Shown here piece by piece: positions 21,436 to 29,825 of a DNA stretch of 64,000 bases; position 1 is the stretch's first letter; each line of letters begins with the position of its first letter. A program made the position numbers and the translations under genes. The notes below the pieces were generated by a model. It saw nothing but the letters and a program-made list of their open reading frames with translations. It was not told where the DNA came from and made no database searches. Origin of the DNA: Dehalococcoidia bacterium (lineage in GTDB: Bacteria; Chloroflexota; Dehalococcoidia; Lucifugimonadales; UBA3495). The stretch spans positions 621-64,620 of the forward strand of contig CAXXWY010000026.1 in NCBI GenBank assembly GCA_963668505.2, written 5' to 3'.

Positions 21436-22548
21436 CTAGTCGAAACCGTACAGGCGGGCGGTGTTCTCCCCGGCGATAAGGGCTTTTTCGTCGTCGGGTA
21501 CGCCTTGGAAGATTTCCTCCAGTATCTCCCGGGACTTGGGGAAGGTCGACTCGGCGTGGGGATAGTCCGAGCCCCACAGCAGGTTCTCAACCCCGATAAA
21601 GTGGCGAAGCTGCATGCCCAAGGCGTCCTCCTGGAATCCCAGGAACACGTTGCGGCGGAAGAAGTCGCTGGGCAGCATGCCGTCCTTGAATCTGGCCCCC
21701 TGCACACCCACGGCCCGCTCCTGGTAGAAGTTGTCCATGCGGCTCATGAAGTAGGGCGCCCAAGAGACCTCGAATTCGACAACGCCGACTTTCAGCTTGG
21801 GGTAGCGCTCGAACACCCCGGCGAAGGTCATGCCGTTGATGCACTGGCGGGGATCGTACTCCCGGTTGGGGAAGTCCACGGGGTTCTGCAGCACCACGCC
21901 GCCGGTGTCCATGCCGGGCTTCCAGCGCGACGTGCCGACGTGCAGGCTCAGGGGCATGTCCAGGTCCTGGGCGGCCGCCCAGAACGGGTCGTAGGCCGAA
22001 TGGGAGTAGGGCAGTATGGGGTTGACCGAAATCATGGCCCCGGCCAGGCCCCGGCCCGCCGCCCGCTGCAGCTCCTCCACCCCGTCGGCCACCGCGTCCA
22101 GGTTGATCATGGCGATGCCCTTGAGGCGGTCCGGGTAGGGCCGGCAGAACTCGGCCAGGTAGTCGTTGTAGGCGCGGAACGAGGCTGATAAAACGTCGGT
22201 GGCGGGCACCCGGAACAGGGTCAGGCCCTGGGACGGGTACAGCAACCCGGCGGCCACCCCGTCCACGTCCATGTCCTTCACGTGCTCGTGGGGGTCAAGT
22301 CCGCCCAGGGGAACGGTCTCCATGCTGCCGCCGGTGGTCAGCGCCTCCGGGTTTTCGAACCGAAGTCCGGCCTGCTGGTTGATGCCGATGGCCCCGAACC
22401 GCAGCCCGTCGCAAATCCACTGGTCCTGCCCGTCCTCGTGGAGCAGCCGCGGTCCCCGTTCCTTGAAACGGGAATCTATCCGCTCGGCCCAAAGGTCCTC
22501 GGGCTCGACGATGTGGGAGTCCGACGATATAACCCGGTAGTCTGTCAT
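21436..22548 (-). CDS. amidohydrolase 2 family protein (ACMSD-like metal-dependent hydrolase/decarboxylase)
   Basis: VISSDSHIVEP N-terminus, LSLHVG and WGSDYPHAES C-terminal metal-ligand motifs. Confidence 0.85.
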   Translation of the reverse strand: MTDYRVISSDSHIVEPEDLWAERIDSRFKERGPRLLHEDGQDQWICDGLRFGAIGINQQAGLRFENPEALTTGGSMETVPLGGLDPHEHVKDMDVDGVAAGLLYPSQGLTLFRVPATDVLSASFRAYNDYLAEFCRPYPDRLKGIAMINLDAVADGVEELQRAAGRGLAGAMISVNPILPYSHSAYDPFWAAAQDLDMPLSLHVGTSRWKPGMDTGGVVLQNPVDFPNREYDPRQCINGMTFAGVFERYPKLKVGVVEFEVSWAPYFMSRMDNFYQERAVGVQGARFKDGMLPSDFFRRNVFLGFQEDALGMQLRHFIGVENLLWGSDYPHAESTFPKSREILEEIFQGVPDDEKALIAGENTARLYGFD

Positions 22549-22651
22549 GGCCTAGCCAACCTGAAAGCCTCCGTTTGCGGCGAGAGCTTGGTGGGGCGAC
22601 ACGTATTCTAAGATTTTCGCAAAAACCCGGTCAACCTTGGGGCCGGAGACA

Positions 22652-22726
22652 GGGCGCCCACGAGGGACGCCCCTACGTCGCGCCCACCAACCACAGGGCA
22701 GGGCGCCCACGAGGGACGCCCCTACG
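22652..22726. repeat. two REP units GGGCGCCCACGAGGGACGCCCCTACG (22652-22677, 22701-22726)
   Basis: Exact 26-nt duplicates. Each can fold as a GGGCG/CGCCC hairpin. The same unit recurs at 26394, 26781 and 27101-27393. Confidence 0.85.
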
Positions 22727-22741
22727 GGCGGGGGGAAGGCT

Positions 22742-22858
22742 GAAAATTTTAGATTCGCTTTCATTTGCTCCCATTCCCTCCCATTTTGCGGGGTTGGCCG
22801 AGGTGCGGACGAAATTTTGATTTCCCCTCCATTTTCGCTCATATCCGCTCATTTCAGG
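22742..22858 (-). repeat. two copies of a ~50-bp phased iteron-like box (22742-22789, 22811-22858)
   Basis: Minus-strand reading: GCAAAATGGGAGGGAATGGGAGCAAATGAAAGCGAATCTAAAATTTTC and CCTGAAATGAGCGGATATGAGCGAAAATGGAGGGGAAATCAAAATTTC. Same architecture as the copies at 43186, 53306 and 53393. Confidence 0.8.
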
Positions 22859-23011
22859 GTGACGGCCTGCGGGCCGCGGTGCAGGGCCGCCGGTTGGCTG
22901 GGTATGCCTGGTGTTATAGTAATGAAACGTTACAGGGGTTGGCAACGGGCAACTGTCAGTAAATGGGGTTCGGACAGGGGGCGCCAGGAGTGACTAAAGG
23001 CAGGATGGGCA

Positions 23012-26000
23012 ATGACGGATAGCGGCGGGCCGGGCAATTGGCCGGGCGAGGGCGCGTCCAGGCACATCGACTACGACGACCCCAAGTATGAAAAGGCCGC
23101 GAGGGAAATACTACAGCGGCACGTCAGCTTTCAGGCCGAGGCGAACATCACCAGCGCGGTGCGGGACTTTCTCATTCTCACCGGCCTGGCCCGGAGCGAA
23201 GAAATAATCGAGGAAAACCCGCCTTCGGACGGCTCTCGTCGCGCCGTAGACCTGACTGCCCTGGACACCTTCATCGAGTTCAAGCGCAGGATCGGCACCG
23301 CCGCCAGCGGCGAACCCGACCCGGAAAACGTGCGGCAACTTGACGATTACCTGGCCCAGTCTGCGGCCCAGGGACGAGTACGCATGGGCGTCCTCACCGA
23401 CGGCAAGCGGTGGCTGCTGCGCTGGCCGGGAGCGGGGGAAGTACGTCTAACCCAACCCTACTTTTTTACCCTGGACAATGCGGAGAAGTGGCTCCCGCTA
23501 TACGAATGGCTGCGAGACACCGCCCTGGTGTCCCTGGAAGACGTCATCCCGGACAGGGACGGAATTGCGGCGCACTTCGGCCCCGACAGCCCGTCTTATC
23601 AACGGGACATCGCCGCCCTGAAGGACCTGTACCATCAGAACGCGGGACTGGAGACCATCCGGGTCAAGCGGCGGTTGTGGTACGACCTGCTGCGCACCGC
23701 CCTGGGTGAAGTCGCCTACAGCACCGAGGGGATGAGTCACCCGGTACGACGGGACACGGAGGAGATGGACGACCTGTTCGTCCGCCACACTTACCTTGGG
23801 GCGGTCACCGGCATGGTGGTGCAGGCGTCCTTCGGCATCGACATTCGACAACTGGCCGCCAACGACCCCGCCGACCTGCTCCAGGGGCGGAGGCTGACCC
23901 AAGATACGGGGCTTACAGGGGTGTTGGAATCAGACTTCTTCGCCTGGCCCAACGAGGTAGGCGGCGTACCGCTGCTGCAAACCCTGGCCCGCCGGGCGGC
24001 CCGGTTCAACTGGACCGAGACGCCGCCGGACACCGCCGCCGTTCTTTACCAGAGCGTCATCCCGCCGGAGGAGCGGCGTTCGCTGGGGGAATACTACACT
24101 CCCGCATGGCTGGCCCGGGCCATGGTCGGCGAATTGATAACCGACCCCCTGCGGCAGCGCGTCCTGGACCCGGCATGCGGCTCAGGAACATTTATAGCCG
24201 AAGCCGTAACCCATTTCATCCAGGCCTCCAAGAAGAGCGGCCTTCACCCCAAGCAGGTGTTGGACAGGCTGCGTATGTCCGTCACCGGCATCGACGTTCA
24301 CCCCGTCGCCGTCCACCTTGCCCGGTCTGCGTGGACACTGGCGGCCCGCCCGGCCATCAACGCCGCGGGCGCCGCCGGGTACAACGCATCTTTGTCCATC
24401 CCGGTGTACCTGGGAGACGCCCTGCAACTGCGTTATCGCACGGGAGACATGTTCGCCGAAAACGAAATCACCATCCGGACCAGCGACGACGAGAACACCG
24501 AATTGGTCTTTCCGGTCAGCCTGGTGGAGCGGGCCGAGGACTTCGACGCCCTGATGAGCGACGTTGCGGCCTATGTCGAGAGCGGCGAGGACCCATCCCT
24601 GGCATTGGCGGACAACCACATCAACGATCCCGGCGAGCGGGAGGTCATGGGAAAAACCATCGAGGCCTTGCAGCGTCTCCACCACCGGGGACGGGACCAC
24701 ATCTGGGCGTACTACACCCGCAACATGGTGCGGCCGGTAGTGTTGTCCCGCGCCAAGGTCGACGTGGTGATCGGAAACCCGCCCTGGATAAACTTCAACC
24801 AGACCGCTGACATCCTGAGGGACGCGTTGCAGGATATGAGCCGGAACCGCTACGGCATCTGGACCGGGGGCCGCTATGCCACCCACCAGGACGTGGCCGG
24901 GCTCTTCTTCGCCCGCAGCGTCGACCTGTACTTGAAAGATGGCGGCGTCATCGGCTTCGTCATGCCCCATAGCGCCTTGCAGTCCGGACAGCACTCCAAG
25001 TGGCGCACTGGCCAATGGCAGTCGCCGGCCAAGGGGCGGGGAAAGAGGAGAGCGCACGATTTCACATTGTCAGTCCAGTTCGATTACAAGACGGCCTGGG
25101 ACCTGGAGAAACTGGATCCCAACACCTTCTTCCCCATAGTTTCTTGCGTGGTGTTCGCACGCAGCACCGGACAAAGCGGAATCGCCGCGCCGCTGGCCGG
25201 AGTGGTAGAGAGGTGGCTGGGAAAAGCCGGGGCCGAAGACGTGAGGAGGCAGTTGACGGGTATTACCGACACTTCCATTACAGGCGATTCGCCTTACTAT
25301 AACCTTTCTCGTTTAGGAGCAATTCTTTATCCTCGCTGCTTGATTTTCGTCAATGAAACGGAAAACACCGCTATCGTACGGGCCGCGCAGACGGTCACCG
25401 TAAATCCACGACGAGGCAGCCAGGACAAAGCGCCGTGGAAGGACCTGGACCTGACCAAAATCACCGGCCAGACCATCGAGAGAGCGCACTTGTTTGATGT
25501 CCACTTGGGGGAAACGGTTGCACCCTACGTCACACTGGAACCCCTCAAGGCGCTGTTGCCCCTCAAGCAGGGCGACGCAGCCATACCCACTGATGACAAA
25601 GGCCCTGGCGGTATACGGCCAGGCGAACTGGAAAGACGGATGCGGAAACGCTGGAGGACCGTCAGCACTCTCTGGGACGAGCACAAAGCTCCTGTGAATA
25701 AGCTTGCTCTGTTGGGTCAGTTGAACTACTGGGGCCACTTACAGGCTCAACTGAAGTGGAGCCATCATCTCGGTGAGCGTGGGCCGCGGGTCGTATATAC
25801 CAAATCAGGTGAGCCAACCGCCGCTCTGATTCACGATGATCAGTCAATTATCGACCACAAACTCTTTTGGATACCCTGTAGGGATGTTGATGAAGCCAAC
25901 TACCTGTTGGCAATCATCAATAGCAATACGCTGTACCAAAGGGTAAAGCCGCTTATGCCCAAAGGCTTATTCGGAGCTCGAGATGTGCAAAAGCACCTGT

Positions 26001-26233
26001 GGAGGCTGCCCATCCCGGAGTTCGACCCGTCGCAGAAGTTGCACGTAACTATATCCAAGGCCGGGGCAACGGCGGCGGCAGGGGCGCAGGAGAAGTTGGA
26101 GGAACTCAGGAAGCAGGAGGGCGACAAGCTGACCGTGACCATAGCCCGGCGGGATTTGCGGGCGTGGCTGCGCACGTCGGAGGAGGGCAGGGCGGTGGAG
26201 GACGCGGTGGCGGAGTTGTTGGGGGGCGGGTAG
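23012..26233 (+). CDS. fused restriction endonuclease / N6-adenine DNA methyltransferase (type IIG/IIL, MmeI-like architecture)
   Basis: N-terminus has a PD-(D/E)xK-like VDLTALDTFIEFKRR followed by QLDDYL and VLTDGKRWLL. The middle has LGEYYTP, DPACGSGTF (motif I) and VIGNPPW (motif IV). About 450 aa of C-terminal presumed specificity region. Confidence 0.7.
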   Translation: MTDSGGPGNWPGEGASRHIDYDDPKYEKAAREILQRHVSFQAEANITSAVRDFLILTGLARSEEIIEENPPSDGSRRAVDLTALDTFIEFKRRIGTAASGEPDPENVRQLDDYLAQSAAQGRVRMGVLTDGKRWLLRWPGAGEVRLTQPYFFTLDNAEKWLPLYEWLRDTALVSLEDVIPDRDGIAAHFGPDSPSYQRDIAALKDLYHQNAGLETIRVKRRLWYDLLRTALGEVAYSTEGMSHPVRRDTEEMDDLFVRHTYLGAVTGMVVQASFGIDIRQLAANDPADLLQGRRLTQDTGLTGVLESDFFAWPNEVGGVPLLQTLARRAARFNWTETPPDTAAVLYQSVIPPEERRSLGEYYTPAWLARAMVGELITDPLRQRVLDPACGSGTFIAEAVTHFIQASKKSGLHPKQVLDRLRMSVTGIDVHPVAVHLARSAWTLAARPAINAAGAAGYNASLSIPVYLGDALQLRYRTGDMFAENEITIRTSDDENTELVFPVSLVERAEDFDALMSDVAAYVESGEDPSLALADNHINDPGEREVMGKTIEALQRLHHRGRDHIWAYYTRNMVRPVVLSRAKVDVVIGNPPWINFNQTADILRDALQDMSRNRYGIWTGGRYATHQDVAGLFFARSVDLYLKDGGVIGFVMPHSALQSGQHSKWRTGQWQSPAKGRGKRRAHDFTLSVQFDYKTAWDLEKLDPNTFFPIVSCVVFARSTGQSGIAAPLAGVVERWLGKAGAEDVRRQLTGITDTSITGDSPYYNLSRLGAILYPRCLIFVNETENTAIVRAAQTVTVNPRRGSQDKAPWKDLDLTKITGQTIERAHLFDVHLGETVAPYVTLEPLKALLPLKQGDAAIPTDDKGPGGIRPGELERRMRKRWRTVSTLWDEHKAPVNKLALLGQLNYWGHLQAQLKWSHHLGERGPRVVYTKSGEPTAALIHDDQSIIDHKLFWIPCRDVDEANYLLAIINSNTLYQRVKPLMPKGLFGARDVQKHLWRLPIPEFDPSQKLHVTISKAGATAAAGAQEKLEELRKQEGDKLTVTIARRDLRAWLRTSEEGRAVEDAVAELLGGG

Positions 26234-26393
26234 GCGGTCTTGCAGTAGAAGGTGATTCGTCCGATTGCAAGGTTTAGGCGCGGACGATTGGAACGTTACG
26301 GTGCGGCCAATTGCAAGGTTGCAGTCGCCTGAAACAACGCATGAGCAACGGTGGTGGTGGCCTTGGCGTTGATCTTGGCGGCCCAAAGGGGCA

Positions 26394-26419
26394 GGGCGCC
26401 CACGAGGGACGCCCCTACG
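26394..26419. repeat. REP unit GGGCGCCCACGAGGGACGCCCCTACG
   Basis: Identical to the units at 22652 and 22701. Confidence 0.85.
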
Positions 26420-26454
26420 GATGGGTTGGGCGCCCTGGGGTTTGGTGGAGGCGT

Positions 26455-27090
26455 CTAGGGAGTCTTTTCCGTTGGAACGATTCCAGAGCCAGTACGGGCA
26501 GGGTTTTCTCTGTCGAGTTCCCATTTCATGGGGTTATTGGCGATGTATTCCCTGGCTAGAGCGGTCTCGGACTCGTTCCTGATAATGCGTTCGTAGTAGT
26601 CCCGTTGCCACAGTCGTTTGTGGAACGGCGGCCAGTCCGTTTCCCGCACACCCTTGCCATAGTCCAGGGTGGTCAAGGATTTGTACGCGCCGACCACATC
26701 GCCCAAGGCAGGGGAAACGCCGGTGGTTGCCTTGGTGTCGTTTCGGGCGTCCCCGGTGGTCAGGACGTCCCCGGTAGTCAGGGCGCCCACTAGGGACGCC
26801 CCTACGGATGGGGTGTGTGGTTGGTGGATGAATATGACGCCGTGGACGTGGTTGGGCATCACCACGAATGCGTCCATTTCGACGGACGGGAACCGGTCGG
26901 GTATCCCATCCCACACCCTGCGAACCATCTTTCCTGCATCGTTCAGGAGCATCTCCCCATCAATCACGTCGCCGAACAGACATACCCTGCCTTGCGTAAC
27001 GATGGTGATGAAGTACGCGCCAGCCTGGGAGTAGTCGTAGCCCTTGAGCCGTATAGACCGGCGATGATGTGTGTCCGGTTTGTAGACCAT
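26455..27090 (-). CDS. REP-associated tyrosine transposase (RAYT, IS200/IS605-like Y1 HUH enzyme)
   Basis: HRRSIRLKGYDYSQAGAYFIT, VVMPNHVHGVI (HUH) and LWQRDYYERIIR (catalytic Tyr). Start moved to MVYKPD (ATG 27090), because the upstream ORF part is a translated REP array. Confidence 0.85.
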   Translation of the reverse strand: MVYKPDTHHRRSIRLKGYDYSQAGAYFITIVTQGRVCLFGDVIDGEMLLNDAGKMVRRVWDGIPDRFPSVEMDAFVVMPNHVHGVIFIHQPHTPSVGASLVGALTTGDVLTTGDARNDTKATTGVSPALGDVVGAYKSLTTLDYGKGVRETDWPPFHKRLWQRDYYERIIRNESETALAREYIANNPMKWELDRENPARTGSGIVPTEKTP

Positions 27091-27100
27091 TTGGTTACCC

Positions 27101-27393
27101 GTAGGGGCGCCTCTTGTGGGCGCCCGGAACGATGTCAAGCGCAGGGCGCCCACAAGGGACGCCCCTACGTCCCGCCCACCAAACACGGGGCAGGGCGCCC
27201 ACCAACCACAGGGCAGGGCGCCCACAAGGGACGCCCCTACGTCCCGCCCACCAAACACGGGGCAGGGCGCCCACCAACCGCAGGGCAGGGCGCCCACGAG
27301 GGAGCCCCTACGTCCCGCCCACCAAACACGGGGCAGGGCGCCCACCAACCGCAGGGCAGGGCGCCCACAAGAGGCGCCCCTACGTGGCGCGGG
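27101..27393. repeat. BIME-like REP cluster: ~3.4 tandem copies of a 72-bp unit bracketed by a perfect 25-bp inverted repeat
   Basis: Units at 27141-27212, 27213-27284, 27285-27355 (71 bp) and 27356-~27393. GTAGGGGCGCCTCTTGTGGGCGCCC (27101-27125) is the exact reverse complement of 27360-27384. Confidence 0.9.
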
Positions 27394-29617
27394 CCGGGGC
27401 GGGGAGGCCGGATTGGTCGCGGGTGACGGAGATGGCGCCACGGACTCCCTCCAGCTTGGAGAACAGCTTGCCCAGTTGGTCCACGCCGGTGGTGTGCAGG
27501 GTCAAGTCCATGGTCACGGTGCCGTCGGGGTGTTCGTCGGTAATCACCCCGGCGATGTTGACGTGCTCTTCAGAGACCAGGACGGTGACGTCCCTCAACA
27601 GCCCAACCCGGTCGTAAGCCCGAATCCTTACCCTGACCGGATGCAGCTCTTTGGCCGTGCCCCATTCCACCTTCACCACCCGTTCCTGCTCGTCCTCGTT
27701 GCGGATGCCGGGACAGTCCTTCTTGTGCACGGTGACTCCCCTGGCCCTGGTGATGAAGCCCAGGATGTCGTCGCCGGGAATCGGGTTGCAGCACCGGCCG
27801 ATGCGGACCAGCAGGTCGCCTACCCCCAGCACCGAAATGCCCGAACTGGGGCTGGACAATGGGAGGTTGGGTCTGACCAACTGGGTCTGTTCCTGGGAGT
27901 CCTGGCGCGCCTGGGCCAGCCGGTGGGCCACCTGGCTCTCGGTGAGGACGCCGGATCCCAGGTTGGCCAGTAGCTCGTCCATGTCGTCGTACTTGCACAG
28001 GGCCAGGATTTCGGCGTCGTCGAAGCGCTGGTTGAACCGCTTGATCTCCCGTCGCAGCAATTCCCGGCCCCGCCGGATGTTGGCGCTGCGGGCCTGCCGC
28101 CGGAACCAGTGGCGGACCTTCTGCCGGGCGCTGGCGGAGGCCACGTATCCCCGGCTGGGGTTGAGCCAGTCCAGGCTGGGGCCCCTCTCCGACTTGGAGG
28201 CCAGCACTTCCACGGTGTCGCCGTTCTGGAGAGGCGAGTCCAGGGACACCAGGCGGCCGTTGACCTTGGCGCCGATGCAGCGGTGGCCGAGTTCGGTGTG
28301 AATCTTGTAGGCGAAGTCCACCGGCGTGGATCCCACGGTAAGCTCCACGATTTCTCCCTTGGGGGTGTAGACGAACACCTGGTCGTGGAAGATGTCCTGC
28401 TTGACCGACTCGATGAACTCGTCGGTCCCGGCGACTTCACGCTGCCAATCCAGTAGCTGGCGCAGCCAGGTCATCTTTTCCTCGAAACGCAGGTCTCCGG
28501 AGTTTCCTTCCTTGTAGCGCCAGTGGGCCGCCACGCCGTACTCGGATATCTGGTGCATCTCTTGGGTCTTGACCTGGACTTCCAGGGGATTGCCGCCCTC
28601 GCAGATAACAGTGGTGTGCAGGGCCTGGTACATGTTTTCCTTGGGATTGGCGATATAGTCGTCGAACTGGCCCGGAATGGGATGCCACAGTTGGTGGACC
28701 ACTCCCAGGGTCTTGTAGCAGTCGCCCGGGGTGTCCACCAGGACGCGCAGGGCGTACAGGTCGTAGATGTCCCGCAGTTCCTGACCTTGTTCCGCGTATT
28801 TCTGCATCTTGCGGTGGGTGCTGTATATGCCCTTGGGGCGGCCTACGACCTCGCCTTCCAGCCCCAGACGGTCCATGGCCTCGCGGAGGATGCCGGCGAC
28901 TTTTTCTACGTATTCCTCCCGTTCCCCACGCTTGGCGGCCAGCATCCTGGAGATTTCGTGGTAGCGCTCCTCGTCCAGGTGGCGGAAGGCCATGTCGTCC
29001 AGCCGCCACTTGATGTCCCAGATGCCCAGGCGGTGGGCCAGCGGCGAATAGATGTCCAGAGTCTCCTGGGCTATTCGCTTCCGCTTCTCCGGCGGCAGAG
29101 CGTCGAGGGTGTGCATGTTGTGCATGCGGTCGGCCAGCTTGATGAGCACCACCCGGACGTCCTCGGCCATGGACACCAGCATCTTGCGCAGGCTTTCGGC
29201 CTGCAGGTTGTCCTGCTCTTCGGCCCCGTCTCCGGCGGTCTTGGGCTCGTAGAAGCGGGCGTCCATGCGGGCCAGCTTGGTTACGCCGTCAACGAGCTTG
29301 GCCGTTTCCGGTCCGAACTGGGCATCAACCTGTTCCAGGGTTACGCCGCAGTCTTCGACCACGTCGTGAAGCAGGGCGGCGATGATGGTGTGACCGTCGA
29401 GGCGGAGGTCGCTGAGGAAAAGGGCGGCTTCCAGAGGATGGGCGATGTAGGGCTCGCCGGACTTGCGCGTCTGGCCCTGGTGGCATTGGTCGGCAAAATC
29501 GTACGCCTGCCCGATGAGGTCCGTCGTTTCCTTGGGCAGGTAGGAAGAGACCCGCTCGGTGAGCTTGTCGACGCTGTCCGCCATTACCCCGTTCCGGGAA
29601 GTCTTGGTGTTAGTCAA
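27380..29617 (-). CDS. relA: bifunctional (p)ppGpp synthetase/hydrolase RelA/SpoT
   Basis: HD domain (HPLEAALFL...LHDVVED), a RelA_SpoT synthetase core, and TGS and ACT C-terminal domains. TTG at 29617 or ATG at 29584. Confidence 0.95.
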   Translation of the reverse strand: MTNTKTSRNGVMADSVDKLTERVSSYLPKETTDLIGQAYDFADQCHQGQTRKSGEPYIAHPLEAALFLSDLRLDGHTIIAALLHDVVEDCGVTLEQVDAQFGPETAKLVDGVTKLARMDARFYEPKTAGDGAEEQDNLQAESLRKMLVSMAEDVRVVLIKLADRMHNMHTLDALPPEKRKRIAQETLDIYSPLAHRLGIWDIKWRLDDMAFRHLDEERYHEISRMLAAKRGEREEYVEKVAGILREAMDRLGLEGEVVGRPKGIYSTHRKMQKYAEQGQELRDIYDLYALRVLVDTPGDCYKTLGVVHQLWHPIPGQFDDYIANPKENMYQALHTTVICEGGNPLEVQVKTQEMHQISEYGVAAHWRYKEGNSGDLRFEEKMTWLRQLLDWQREVAGTDEFIESVKQDIFHDQVFVYTPKGEIVELTVGSTPVDFAYKIHTELGHRCIGAKVNGRLVSLDSPLQNGDTVEVLASKSERGPSLDWLNPSRGYVASASARQKVRHWFRRQARSANIRRGRELLRREIKRFNQRFDDAEILALCKYDDMDELLANLGSGVLTESQVAHRLAQARQDSQEQTQLVRPNLPLSSPSSGISVLGVGDLLVRIGRCCNPIPGDDILGFITRARGVTVHKKDCPGIRNEDEQERVVKVEWGTAKELHPVRVRIRAYDRVGLLRDVTVLVSEEHVNIAGVITDEHPDGTVTMDLTLHTTGVDQLGKLFSKLEGVRGAISVTRDQSGLPAPARAT

Positions 29618-29825
29618 CGGTCTCCAATCGCCGGGTCGGCCCGGCGACCCTTGAAATGGTTTCTAAAGAGCCGGTTTACAAGACGATGATATCAGGAATG
29701 CTCCAAAGCCGGAAAGGTGGTTGCGGATGTTTGCAGAAATTCTACTCTCTTACGGTGGAAAACGCCAATATAGCCGGCGGCCGGAAACCGGCCAGTGTTG
29801 AGGCGATTCGACGGTCCCGCCGCAG

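Noticed and set aside
22890-22960. Longer (~170 bp) homology between the sequences following box copy 2 and box copy 3
   Set aside because: Apart from the GGCAA[AC]TGTCAGT match at equal distance, the shared strings (CCGGTTGG, TTACA..GGGTTGG) are not colinear without 17-19-bp indels. Only the 50-bp box is claimed as a firm repeat.
22552-22993. ORFs 22552..22842 (-), 22575..22820 (+), 22637..22993 (+), 22673..22945 (-), and similar ORFs at 26311..26559, 27095..27617 and 53242..53601
   Set aside because: They are translations of REP units (GAPLVGALP / GRPHEGRPY strings) and of the iteron-like boxes. The frame is not conserved between repeat copies.
27141-27393. Regularly spaced repeats that could be mistaken for a CRISPR array
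   Set aside because: The 72-bp units are contiguous tandem copies with no unique spacers. The repeated core is the REP hairpin found dispersed elsewhere. No cas genes are present.
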